Below, piece by piece: positions 36,916 to 47,529 of a stretch of DNA of 64,000 bases (position 1 is its first letter; each line of letters opens with the position of its first letter). This DNA comes from Eledone cirrhosa. Its lineage: Eukaryota. The translations under genes and the position numbers were made by a program. The notes below the pieces were generated by a model. The model saw only the letters and a list, made by a program, of their open reading frames with translations, was not told where the DNA came from and did not search any database. The stretch lies in NCBI GenBank assembly GCA_964016885.1, contig OZ024763.1, positions 8,618,001 to 8,682,000 of the forward strand, read 5' to 3'.

Positions 36916-39095
36916 AAAGGTAAACAGAAATAACAACACAATACAGTATATGGAAGGGATATATTAAGTTAACGCTTGATATAACAGGAAGAGGGTCTTA
37001 ATGTTTCGGACGCTAGTCCTTCATCAGAAGAAAGAATGAGAAATAAGATAGATTGAGGGGACGGGTGGGTTGGTATTGGAAAAAATGTCTTAAAAATAAC
37101 AGGTCCATTCATGTTTTGTTATGTGGGGCTCACACAGCAATGTGTGCCCCTATAAACCTTACAAAAGTGTGTGAAAGTGCTGCCACCTACCTGTGAAAAT
37201 CTATATCAGTTGGTTCAGTTGCTTTGGTTTCTGAGGTGTGGGGAGCTGTGGATGAGTCCTTGACTGTGGTAGGAGGCTGAGGAGGAAAGAATGACTTTCT
37301 CTTTGTTGGGACATCATTCTTATCTGCTGTTGCTGCTCTTGTTGGTGGTGGTGTTGTTGGTGGTGTTGTTGGTGTTGGTGTTGTTGTTGGTGTTGGTGTT
37401 GTTGTTGGTGTTGGTGTTGGTGTTGGTGTTGGTGGTGGTGGTGGGACTGGTCTACTTCCTTTTAAGGAAAACGAAAGTGGCAGAGATTATTGTTGTTGTT
37501 GTCTTTGTCAGTGTTGTTTGATCGTGGCTGTGTTTGATGTCTTTGTTTGATGGTGGCTGTGTTTGATGTCTTTGATGGTGGCTGTGTTTGATGTCTTTGA
37601 TGATGGCTGTGTTTGATGTCTTTGATGGTGGCTGTGTTTGATGTCTTTGATGGTGGCTGTGTTTGATGTCTTTGATGATGGCTGTGTTTGATGTCTTTGA
37701 TGGTGGCTGTGTTTGATGTCTTTGATGGTGGCTGTGTTTGATGTGATCTTGAAACACCTAAGACACAACCTTGTTCGAAGCCAGCTAAACCAACATAGGT
37801 GTGAGCTGTAACAACAGTCACATGATAGAACTGGGACACCTATCGTTAAAACATTCAACTAATGAGATAACAACCTTGTAAGAGGCCAGCTAAACTTGCC
37901 CAGGTGTAAGCTGTAACAACAAACAACTTGGTGGGGCTAAGGCCCCTATTATTAAAATGCCTGAGAAACCTTTCTATGAGATACAACCTCATAGGAAGCC
38001 AGGTGTGGGCTGTAAATATTATTTTATATTTTTATGTTTGAGGCCCTTGATAATTAGGGCGATAAAAAGGGACAAAATAATAGTTTCTGATTTAAGCACA
38101 AGGCCAACAATTTTAAATGGGAGGGGAAAGTTGATTAAATCAACCCCAGTGCATTACTGGTACTTTATTTTATCAACCCTCCATAACGATGAAAGGCAAA
38201 GCTAACCTCGGCAGGATTTGAACACAGAACGTAAAGGGTCGTAACTCTATGCCATGAAGCAGGGTGTCCGATGCTCTAATGATTCTGGGCAAAATAATGG
38301 TATGCCTTATATACCATTACATCTTATTACAACCCCAGCCACCCCCAAAATAGGTATGTAATGTCTACAGATATAGTACAAGAATACTCGCCATTAACTG
38401 AGCATGTATCGTGGAATTCATCACATTCGGCTGGAAATATGTTGTTACCGCACCTTAATTGGGCAAAACCTAACTTGGAACAACTGAAAAAGAAAGTTGT
38501 TGTGAACATTTACAGTATTAGAGGAAATTCTTTCATTCCTCACACACACATATATATATACATACGGAGGCACATGGCTTAGTGGTTAGAGCATTGGCCT
38601 TGCAATCAAAAGGTTGCGAGTTCAATTCTCAGACCGGGAGATGTGTTGTTTCCTTGAGCAAGACACTTTATTTCACATTGCTCCAGTTTACTCAGCTGTA
38701 GAAATGAGATGATAGGGACTGGGGTCCCTATCATTCCACTGCAAAGTGGTCGTGGAGGTGCCACGGCATAAAAGCACCCAGCCCACACTGTAAAGTGGAC
38801 GTGTAGGCGCTACAACAAAAAAAGCACCCAGCACTCACTGTAAATGAGGTTGGTGTTAGGAAGGGCATCCAGCTGTAGAAATCAAGCCAGAATCGGTTCC
38901 CGTCCCACCCTTGCAAGCAGGGAAAAGCCAACGTAAATTGAAATGAAAATGAATGAAATACACTCACACACACACACACACACATATTTATATATATATA
39001 ATAGACAGTCACACACACACATACATACACACACACGCACACACACATATATATATATATACATACACTCACACACACACATACATAGACACACA

Positions 39096-39137
<42 letters not shown>

Positions 39138-40930
39138 CACTCACACACACACATACATAGACACACACGCATATATATATATATATATATATATATACAT
39201 GGTGGCTGCCAATTCGTTTTTGAGTACGGCCACTACTTTATATCCATGTAGGAGAACCCCTACCGATGCGCTGAACGAGTGTGACTTTTTAGTCCAGCCA
39301 GCGACTTGAAAACTCTGGTACAAACACTACACTTGTGACAATTATTGACACATAGTGCTGGGCCCATGATACCATGTGACGACAAGTGCAGAGAGATCTC
39401 CAGATATAAAGCAATGCCTGTGCCGTGAAGCTTTTATAGTGTATGTGTAGTGTATGTATGTATGTATATACATACATACACTCACATATGATTCCAGTTC
39501 CTCGGAGGACTAACAATACACCCAGGAATTGGACATATCGATGTATTGACAGAGTGAAACACACCTCAACAACATGTGTACCTGTCTCTACCACACCAAT
39601 TCGGACTGCCTGAAGAGGTCTCATTCAATGATGGCTGTCACCGAAATATATATTGCAGTAATATATTATCATAAACGAAGCCAAATTTTACATATTTGAC
39701 TTACTTATTTTATATATATATATAGACAGACAGACAGACAGATAGTGAAACAGAAAGACAGACAGACAGATAGTGAAACAGAAAGACAGACAGACAGACA
39801 GCGCATGTACTTACTCAGGTCCTTTGATACAGAAACCTAGTCCTACCCAGTTTTTGTAAAAGTTGGTCTGACATTTCTCACAAGTTCCTGAGGACCACCG
39901 AGAGAGAAAGAAAGAATATATGTTATATATCATGATGATGATGATGATAGTAATGGTGGTAGTGGTGATGTTGATGGTGATGGTAGTGGTGATGGTGTTG
40001 ATGATAGTGTTGATGGTGATGGTGGTGATGATAGTAATGGTGGTAGTGGTGATGGTGATGGTGGTGGTGATGGTGATGGTGATGGTAGTGGTGATGGTGA
40101 TAGTGTTGATGGTGATGGTGGTGATGGTGTTGGTGATGACAATGATGGCGATGATGAAATATGTGAGTAAAGCATGTGACCTACCCTCATTGGTCAATTC
40201 CTCCCCTTTGGGACACATCTCGTAACTGACCTGGCAGAAGTTGACATCGTTCGCATAAAGGCCTTCATATAGCTTACAGCTACATTTAGTTTTGGAGATT
40301 GGGAAGGCATCTAGGGGACAGAAGAGAGAGAGTGGAGTGTTGGTTGGTGAGTGGAGTGTAGCTTGGTGAGTGGAGTTTGGTGGGTGGAGTGTAGCTTGGT
40401 GGGTGGAGTGTTGGTTGGTGAGTGTAGTTTGGTGGGTGGAGTGTAGCTTGGTGAGTGGAGTGTTGGTTGGTGAGTGTAGTGTAGTTTGGTGGGTGGAGTG
40501 TAGCTTGGTGAGTGGAGTGTTGCTTGGTGGGTGGAGTGTAGCTTGGTAAGTGGAGTGCTGGTTGGTGAGTGGAGTTTGGTGGGTGGAGTATAGCTTGGTG
40601 AGTGGAGTGTAGCTTGGTGAGTGTAGTTTGGTGGGTGGAGTGTAGCTTGGTGAGTGGAGTGGAGTGTTGGTTGGTGTGTAGTTTTGTGGAGTATAGGTTG
40701 GCAGAGTGTAGCTTTGTCAGCTCTGTGAGCTTCAGCAATCTGAGGTCTGCTCTCACCGCCTCCGCCCATGTTTTTTGTGGTCTTCCTCTACTGCGTCTTC
40801 CTTCCACCGGGATTTCTTGGCACTTCTTTACCCAGCGGTCATCCTCCATGTCCATCACATGTCCTCCATACCAACGCAGTCTTCTCTCTTACATGCTACA
40901 GTTTATATCTATATTGAACCCGGGACTAAC

Positions 40931-40983
<53 letters not shown>

Positions 40984-43779
40984 GTGCTTGTGGCAATGAT
41001 GACAATAGTTAGGGCATTTACATCACATATATATTAATATCATTTTCTCATCAGGATTTACTTTCATCTCAGTTTATAGTTGGGTATTGTATTTTACCTG
41101 AAAGTCAATGACACACGACCGTGACTTCTGGCGTCACGCAGTAATACAGGGTACCCGACCTCCCATGGGTACATGCTGAAGCATATAAACAATATGCCCC
41201 CACTCCCCCCACCGCAAGGTGGTCGTGGAGGTGCCACGGCAAAAAAGCACCCAGCCCACACTGTAAAGTGGACATGTAGGCGCCACGAAAAAGCACCCAG
41301 CACTCACTGTAAATGAGGTTGGTGTTAGGAAGGGCATCCAGCTGTAGAAATCAAGCCAGATCAGTTCCTGTATGAGCAAGGTATGGTCAGCCGACCAGAC
41401 ACTGCCCACAACAGGACAACCCGTCTAACCCATGCTAGCGTGGAAGAACGGACGTAAAACGGTGATGATGATGATGATGACTCACCTGAGACACGACAGA
41501 AATTATTATAACATTGTTTGATGTTAAATGACGACGTATTGTAAGGATTCTTCGTGTCTGACGGACATGGCTGACATTGGTCACATTCGCCACTATTTGA
41601 ACACGGCTTCACAAAATGATCTGAAAGACAAGGAAAGATAATTTGATCATGACTTTGAAAAGAAAAACAAAAATACTCAAACACTGAAATTAGGGAAGCC
41701 CATTATATATATATATATATATTTCGGATGTAACACACGCGCAAACTAAGCACACAACACACACACAAACAAGATGGTATAGGACAGAACAAATGAGAGG
41801 CACAAAACAAAGAAAAGAATCCCCAGTCACTGAAGAGATCACAATGTGTGACGAAAGAACTTTGACAATATATGAACAACCGTCCGGTTATGGAACCAAC
41901 CAACCGGAAATTTACAAATTTCTTAAATTTGTAAATTTAATTTATAATAAATTGGAGTGAAAGCAACTGGTGCATGTGTTTCTTATTGGTAACATGACCC
42001 TCCCAAAGTATAACAATATATATATATATAGAGAGAGAGAGAAATGGCTTCTACAGGACTAGAACTGTTTCATTTGGGAGAAATCATCAGGGCTTCCTGA
42101 TGATTTCTCCCGAATGAAACAGTTCTAGTCCTGTAGAAGCCAGTTCAATATTAAATATTTATACTCTGCTAATGTATTGAGTACCTTACTTACTGTGGTT
42201 ACCCCCGATTGAACCCGGGATAAACATATATATTATATATCAATGTAATCTGAGTTTTTCGAATATCGATAATAATATTCAATTCGTTTGCAGTTATGCA
42301 AACAGCCTCATTTTTGAAGCCGTGTCAGTAGAATGAGCCCCTCATTCTTGCCCTTTTTTTTATTTTTATATATATATCAAATTAAAAAATGGAGTTAAAA
42401 ACTCACATTTATCCCCTATAATTTAATGAGCTCAAGGAATAGACTACGGGCTGTTTATAAATCAGCATATAGAGAGAAGTACAGGTTGAGATATGTGTTC
42501 AATGATAGGGGATGAAACACCACCAGAGTGACAAACATATTACCTACGGAAGGAATGGTGAATACAAATATATATTCAAATTTGAAATATTTACCGGGTG
42601 GACAGTGTAACACTGGCTTACAGCAGTTGCCTTTTTTATGTTTTAATTGACCTCTTGGACATCCACTGACCACATAACTGACCTAAAATGATACAGAAAC
42701 AATTGTAATATCAAACAACTTTGCTGAGATATGAGCACTTTATATGTATGTATGTGTATGTATGTATGTATGTGTGTATGTATGTATGTATGTATATATG
42801 TGTATGTATGTATATATGTATATATATATGTACATACATATATGGTGGCTGCCAGCTCGTTTTCGAGTACGGCCACTACTTTATATCCATGTAGGAGAAC
42901 CCCTACCGATGCACTGAACGATTGTGACTTGAAAACTCTGGTACAAACACTACACTAGTGACAATTATTGACACATAGTGTTGGGCCCATGGTACCATGT
43001 GACGACAAGTGCAGAGAGATCTCCAGATATAAAGCAATGCCTACATATATACATACATACATAAGTACATATATATACACATACATGTATACATACATAA
43101 GTACATATATATACACATACATGTATACATATATATACACATACATATATACATACATATATATTTATGTATATATATATGCATTAATGTATGTATATAT
43201 GTATGTATGTATATATATATGTATATATATATATGTATATATATATGTATATATATATGTATATATGTATGTATATATATATGTATATATATATGTATAT
43301 ATATATGTATATATATATGTATATATAAAGGAGCTCTTAAGAGTCAATGGCCATCCAAAATCACCGGGAGAGATGACCCCTTAGCCTTTGTCAAGGCAGA
43401 ATTCTAGGAGATGGAAAACTCTGATATAACACCTGCAACCCTGATGGTATCCAATGATGTTGACTTGTTCTTCTTTTTGGTAAATATCATCTTAGTTAAG
43501 AGAGTGGGACTGGCTTTGTGCAGTGCCTTTGCTCACTATAAAAGCTTCACGGCACAGGCATTGCTTTATATCTAGAGATCTCTCTGCACTTGTTGTCACA
43601 TGGTACCATGGGCCCAGCACTGTGTCAATAATTGTCACAAGTGTAGTGTTTGTACCAGAGTTTTCAAGTCGCTGGCTGGACTAAAACGTCACACTCGTTC
43701 AGCACATCGGTAGGGGTTCTCTTACATGGATATAAAGTAGTGGCCGTACTCGAAAACGAGTTGGGAGCCACCATGTATT

Positions 43780-43850
<71 letters not shown>

Positions 43851-43982
43851 GTGTATGTGTATGTGTAATTATGGAAAGAAAGGAGTTAGATCCAAAGAAA
43901 GGGAGTGTGTACTTACCAATTGTAAGGTTGTTAACAGGATTATAATATAACAACATTTGATGTGGGAAGTGTTGGTGTTCAT
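30870..43982 (-). CDS. TNF receptor superfamily-like type I membrane protein (no death domain); whole spliced gene
   Basis: Exons 5'->3': 43982-43917 (signal peptide [22 protein letters not shown]), 42682-42595, 41620-41486, 40310-40185, 39887-39815, 38483-38392, 37458-37191 (P/T stalk), 36751-36687 (TM), 35175-35158, 34527-34510, 33838-33806, 33194-33063, 32531-32403, 31684-31298, 30928-30870. Phases are consistent; total 1689 nt, ~562 aa. CRD-like motifs: [50 protein letters not shown]. Confidence 0.8.
31298..31684 (-). CDS. TNFR-like exon 14 (cytoplasmic, pentapeptide repeats)
   Basis: [14 protein letters not shown]...[23 protein letters not shown]...MGIVY|gtaagt. Confidence 0.72.
31962..32375. 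repeat. 48-bp tandem repeat (~8.5 units)
   Basis: Unit CATTAG(A/T)AATATGGTAATGAAAGGGTTAATGACATAGACAGTGTCT.. Single copies at ~54105 and ~62875. Confidence 0.9.
32403..32531 (-). CDS. TNFR-like exon 13 (cytoplasmic)
   Basis: [43 protein letters not shown]|gtaagc. Confidence 0.7.
32888..33056. repeat. 21-bp minisatellite
   Basis: CTAGTAACAATAGTAGGGTC(T/G) x ~8. Confidence 0.9.
33063..33194 (-). CDS. TNFR-like exon 12 (cytoplasmic)
   Basis: [44 protein letters not shown]|gtgagt. Confidence 0.7.
33806..33838 (-). CDS. TNFR-like exon 11 (33 nt)
   Basis: tttag|[11 protein letters not shown]|gtaagt. Confidence 0.6.
   Translation of the reverse strand, partial: ERKLSQTINK
33935..34100 (+). mobile_element. 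tRNA-derived SINE with Meta-like central domain
   Basis: A/B-box-like TAGCAGTATCGG and GAGTTCAAATCC, then GCCTTTCATCCTTACGGGGTCGATAAAATAAAGTACCA. Copies at ~22870-23100 (+), 19640-19845 (-), 38080-38290 (-) and 54485-54725 (-). Confidence 0.75.
34510..34527 (-). CDS. TNFR-like exon 10 (18-nt microexon, CKSGRK)
   Basis: tttccctag|GTAAAAGTGGCAGAAAAA|gtaagt; basic stop-transfer segment. Confidence 0.6.
35158..35175 (-). CDS. TNFR-like exon 9 (18-nt microexon, YLVLSK)
   Basis: ttcttctccaacag|ATCTGGTACTATCAAAAT|gtaagt; completes the TM helix. Confidence 0.6.
36085..36623. mobile_element. piggyBac-like MITE with internal ~70-bp repeats and an inserted SINE fragment
   Basis: TTAA|CCCTTTAGCATTTA...TAAATGCTAAAGGG|TTAA. 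Further copies at 17200-17424, 20055-20252, 23594-23903, 24196-24385 and 28480-28785. Confidence 0.8.
36687..36751 (-). CDS. TNFR-like exon 8 (transmembrane helix)
   Basis: [21 protein letters not shown]|gtaagt. Confidence 0.8.
36996..37031 (-). ncRNA. Putative minimal hammerhead ribozyme motif
   Basis: TCTT CTGATGA A GGAC-TAGC-GTCC GAAAC ATT AAGA. A sister copy on + at 16354-16388 ends GTC|AAG. Confidence 0.55.
37191..37458 (-). CDS. TNFR-like exon 7 (Pro/Thr mucin-like stalk)
   Basis: [16 protein letters not shown]...[50 protein letters not shown]|gtaggt. Confidence 0.75.
37522..37745. repeat. 25-bp minisatellite
   Basis: GTTTGATGTCTTTGATGGTGGCTGT x ~9. Confidence 0.9.
38392..38483 (-). 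CDS. TNFR-like exon 6 (Cys-rich; probable GC donor)
   Basis: [31 protein letters not shown]|gcgagt; supplies the required phase 2 to phase 1 link. Confidence 0.75.
38566..38958 (+). mobile_element. tRNA-derived CORE-like SINE with RTE-derived 3' tail
   Basis: Pol III A box TGGCTTAGTGG and B box GAGTTCAATTC; CCTTGAGCAAGACACTT core; tail CCCGTCCCACCCTTGCAAGCAGGGAAAAG matches the RTE 3' end at 30292-30320. Confidence 0.85.
39605..39659 (+). ncRNA. Putative minimal type I hammerhead ribozyme
   Basis: ACTGC CTGAAGA GGT...ACC GAAA T-ATAT-A TT| GCAGT, with perfect stem I ACTGC/GCAGT. Confidence 0.6.
39815..39887 (-). CDS. TNFR-like exon 5 (Cys-rich)
   Basis: [24 protein letters not shown]|gtaagt. 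Confidence 0.85.
40185..40310 (-). CDS. TNFR-like exon 4 (Cys-rich)
   Basis: [42 protein letters not shown]|gtaggt. Confidence 0.85.
40720..40888 (-). mobile_element. RTE LINE ORF2 C-terminal fragment
   Basis: [36 protein letters not shown]; same family as 29144-30351. Confidence 0.85.
41486..41620 (-). CDS. TNFR-like exon 3 (Cys-rich)
   Basis: [45 protein letters not shown]|gtgagt. Confidence 0.85.
41826..41866 (+). ncRNA. Putative minimal type I hammerhead ribozyme
   Basis: GTCA CTGAAGA G-A-TCACA-ATG-TGTGA-C GAAA G-AA-C TT| TGAC. Confidence 0.55.
42091..42141 (+). ncRNA. Putative type I hammerhead ribozyme (with inverted partial copy at 42046-42090)
   Basis: GGCTTC CTGATGA T-TTC-TCCC-GAA-T GAA ACAG-TTCTAGTC-CTGT A| GAAGCC: 6-bp stem I, 4-bp stem III, GUA triplet. 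Relatives at 2773-2823, 4840-4891 and 10812-10862. Confidence 0.72.
42595..42682 (-). CDS. TNFR-like exon 2 (Cys-rich)
   Basis: [29 protein letters not shown]|gtaaat. Confidence 0.82.
43917..43982 (-). CDS. TNFR-like exon 1 (signal peptide)
   Basis: ATG after acceptor cag|TGAGCC; hydrophobic [11 protein letters not shown]; donor gtaagt, phase 0. Confidence 0.7.
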
Positions 43983-44264
43983 GGCTCACTGTCAGAGAAA
44001 TGGAGAGAGGTAGAGAGATACTATTTTGACTATAATCATTATTTAGAAATAGTTAGGATGGTCTGAGTGATATCAAGGATAAAATTTGTTAAATTTATTA
44101 TTGTCAGTCAAATTACTACTAATTAAGCTTCTTGTGTCACATCCTTTTTTTAATTAGAGTATTTATTTGGTTTAGACTAAGTACACATATCTCAGTATGT
44201 TGTGAAATAAGACTAAAAGGTGTGTCACAGAGAAGCATAACTGTCTGTCAACCATTTACCATTG

Positions 44265-45470
44265 AGATTACTCTATATATACTATTGTATTTTCACAGTA
44301 AAGGCTTTGCTTCACATAATATCTCACATAACATTTACATTACTCTATATATACTATTGTATTTTCACAGTAAAGGCTTTGCTTCACATAATATCTCACA
44401 TAACATTTACATTACTCTATATATACTATTGTATTTTCACAGTAAAGGCTTTACCTCACATAATATCTCACATAACATTTACATTACTCTATATATACTA
44501 TTGTATTTTCACAGTAAAGGCTTTGTCTCACATAATATCTCACATAACATTTACATTACTCTATATATACTATTGTATTTTCACAGTAAAGGCTTTACCT
44601 CACATAATATCTCACATAACATTTACATTACTCTATATATACTGGAGGCACATGGCTTAGTGGTTAGAGCATTGGCCTTGCAATCGAAAGGTTGTGAGTT
44701 CAATTCTCAGACCGGGTGATGTGTTGTTTCCTTGAGCAAGACACTTTATTTCAGATTGCTCCAGTTTACTCAGCTGTAGAAATGAGATGATAGGGACTGG
44801 GGTCCATATCATTCCACTGCAAAGTGGTCGTGCAGGTGCCACGGCAAAAAAGCACCCAGCACTCACTGTAAATGAGGTTGGTGTTAGGAAGGGCATCCAG
44901 CTGTAGAAATCAAGCCAGAATCAGTTCCCGTCCCACCCTTGCAAGCAGGGAAAATGCGGACGTAAAATGAAATGATGATGATGATGATGATGATACTATT
45001 GTATTGTCACAGTAAAGGCTTTGCTTCACATAATATCTCACATAACATTTACAATACTCTATATATACTATTGTATTTTCACAGTAAAGGCTTTGCCTCA
45101 CATAATATCTCACATAACATTTACAATACTCTATATATACTATTGTATTTTCACAGTAAAGGCTTTGCCTCACATAATATCTCTCATAACATTTACATTA
45201 CTCTATATATACTATTGTATTTTCACAGTAAAGGTTTTGCCTCACATAATATCTCACATAACATTTACATTACTCTATATATACTATTGTATTTTCACAG
45301 TAAAGGCTTTACCTCACATAATATCTCACATAACATTTACATTACTCTATATCTACTATTGTATTATCACAGTAAAAGCTTTACTTCACATAATATCTCT
45401 CATAACATTTACATTACTCTATATATACTATTGTATTTTCACAGTAAAGACTTTACTTCACATAATATCA
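44265..45470. repeat. 72-bp tandem array (MITE-internal repeat) split by a SINE
   Basis: Unit CATAACATTTACATTACTCTATATATACTATTGTATTTTCACAGTAAAGGCTTTACCTCACATAATATCTCA. Confidence 0.92.
44644..44992 (+). mobile_element. tRNA-derived CORE-like SINE with RTE tail
   Basis: Same head, core and tail as 38566-38958, ending in (GAT)n. ATACT occurs on both sides. Confidence 0.85.
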
Positions 45471-45688
45471 AATCTGAGTACAGCGATTTCTTCCAGAGAA
45501 TGATTGAGAGAAAGAAAGAGATATAGAGGAAGAATTGACCCAGTACTTGACTGGGTACTTTTTTTATCGACCTGGAATGGATGAAAGGCAAAGTTGAGAT
45601 AGATAAAAGAATAGATAACTAGATAGATAGATAGATAGACAGATAGATAGACAGACAGACAGATAGATAGATAGACAGATAGATAGGC

Positions 45689-45723
<35 letters not shown>

Positions 45724-45877
45724 CCGATAGAGAGATAGAGATAAATACCTATTTACTAACTCCTTCTGTATCCAGTGTATCCAGACAGACATACGTATAT
45801 CTGTTTATGTATATATATAGATCTTGTTGTAGTATCTTATAGTAATCCTCTATATCCACATCTGTATCACTGTATCT

Positions 45878-46869
45878 GTAGAGATAGTGTAGTGGTGTGT
45901 TATAGTAATGTAGAGATAGTGTAGTGGTGTGTTATAGTAATGTAGAGATAGTGTGGTGGTGTGTTATAGTAATGTAGAGATAGTGTAATGGTGTGTTATA
46001 GTAATGTAGAGATAGTGTAGTGGTGTGTTATAGTAATGTAGGGATAGTGTAGTGGTGTGTTATAGTAATGTAGAGATAGTGTGGTGGTGTGTTATAGTAA
46101 TGTAGAGATAGTGTGGTGGTGTGTTATAGTAATGTAGAGATAGTGTGGTGGTGTGTTATAGTAATGTAGAGATAGTGTGGTGGTGTGTTATGGAAATTTA
46201 GAGATAGTGTGGTGGTGTGTTATAGTAATGTAGAGATAGTGTGGTGGTGTGTTATGGAAATTTAGAGATAGTGTGGTGGTGTGTTATAGTAATGTAGAGA
46301 TAGTGTGGTGGTGTGTTATAGTAATGTAGAGATAGTGTGGTGGTGTGTTATAGTAATGTAGAGATAGTGTAGTGGTGTGTTATAGTAATGTAGAGATAGT
46401 GTAGTGGTGTGTTATAGTAATGTAGAGATAGTGTGGTGGTTTGTTATAGTAATGTAGAGATAGTGTGGTGGTGTGTTATAGTAATGTAGAGATAGTGTAG
46501 TGGTGTGTTATAGTAATGTAGAGATAGTGTGGTGGTGTGTTATAGTAATGTAGAGATAGTGTAGTGGTGTGTTATAGTAATGTAGAGATAGTGTAGTGGT
46601 GTGTTATAGTAATGTAGAGATAGTGTGGTGGTTTGTTATAGTAATGTAGAGATAGTGTGGTGGTGTGTTATAGTAATGTAGAGATAGTGTAGTGGTGTGT
46701 TATAGTAATGTAGAGATAGTGTGGTGGTGTGTTATAGTAATGTAGAGATAGTGTGGTGGTGTGTTATAGTAATGTAGAGATAGTGTGGTGGTGTGTTATA
46801 GTAATGTAGAGATAGTGTGGTGGTGTGTTATAGTAATGTAGAGATAGTGTGGTGGTGTGTTATAGTAAA
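45878..46869. repeat. 32-bp minisatellite (~31 units)
   Basis: GTAGAGATAGTGT(A/G)GTGGTGTGTTATAGTAAT. Confidence 0.95.
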
Positions 46870-47386
46870 GCGTCTCTATCCACATCTGATGGTAACAACT
46901 GTTGACAGTTACAGTTGTGACATCCTACAATGTGATGATATTTTAGCTGGAATTAATGTTTTCAATATAATCACTTATGTAAATAAGAGTGTCTGGATGG
47001 GGATGTGTATATATATATATATATGGGGGGATGGGGGATGTGTATATATATATGTGTGCGTGTGGATAGGGATGTATGTATGTGGATAAGGATGTGTGTG
47101 TGTGGATGGGGATGTGTGTGTGTGGATGGGGATGTGTGTATGTGGATGGGGATGTGTGTGTGTATATATATGTGTGTGTGTGGATAGGGATGTATATATA
47201 TATATATATATATATGGGGGGATGGGGGGATGTGTATATATATATATATATGTGTGTGTGTGGATAGGGATGTATATCTATATATATATATGGGGGGATG
47301 GGGGGATGTGTATATATATGTGTGTGTGTGTGGATAGGGATGTGTGTATGTGGATGGGGATGTGTGTGTGTGTGTGGATAGGGATG

Positions 47387-47417
<31 letters not shown>

Positions 47418-47466
47418 TATTCAAAATGTTAACAAATGAAAAATATTCTCATAATCAAAATATATA

Positions 47467-47529
47467 CTTTATTATATATATTTCAAAGGTACTGTGCTGT
47501 TGTTTTCAGTACGTCCTCATCAGACAAAA
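47467..47529 (-). ncRNA. Putative minimal hammerhead ribozyme (family of 3883-3944)
   Basis: TTTTGT CTGATGA GGAC-GTACTG-loop-CAGTAC-CTTT GAAA T-ATAT-A TA| ATAAAG. Confidence 0.55.

Noticed and set aside
38566-38640. tRNA gene (also 35700, 44644, 55625, 62575)
   Set aside because: A/B boxes are present but there is no clean cloverleaf or terminator. The sequence continues into a SINE core and LINE tail, so it is a SINE head.
41040-41097. Extra TNFR-like exon after acceptor ttcag|GTAAAA
   Set aside because: In-frame stop within 10 codons, and exons 3 and 4 already join in phase.
44132-45526. Membrane-protein-like ORFs [24 protein letters not shown] (also 52994-53860)
   Set aside because: Translation of the 72-bp MITE-internal repeat.
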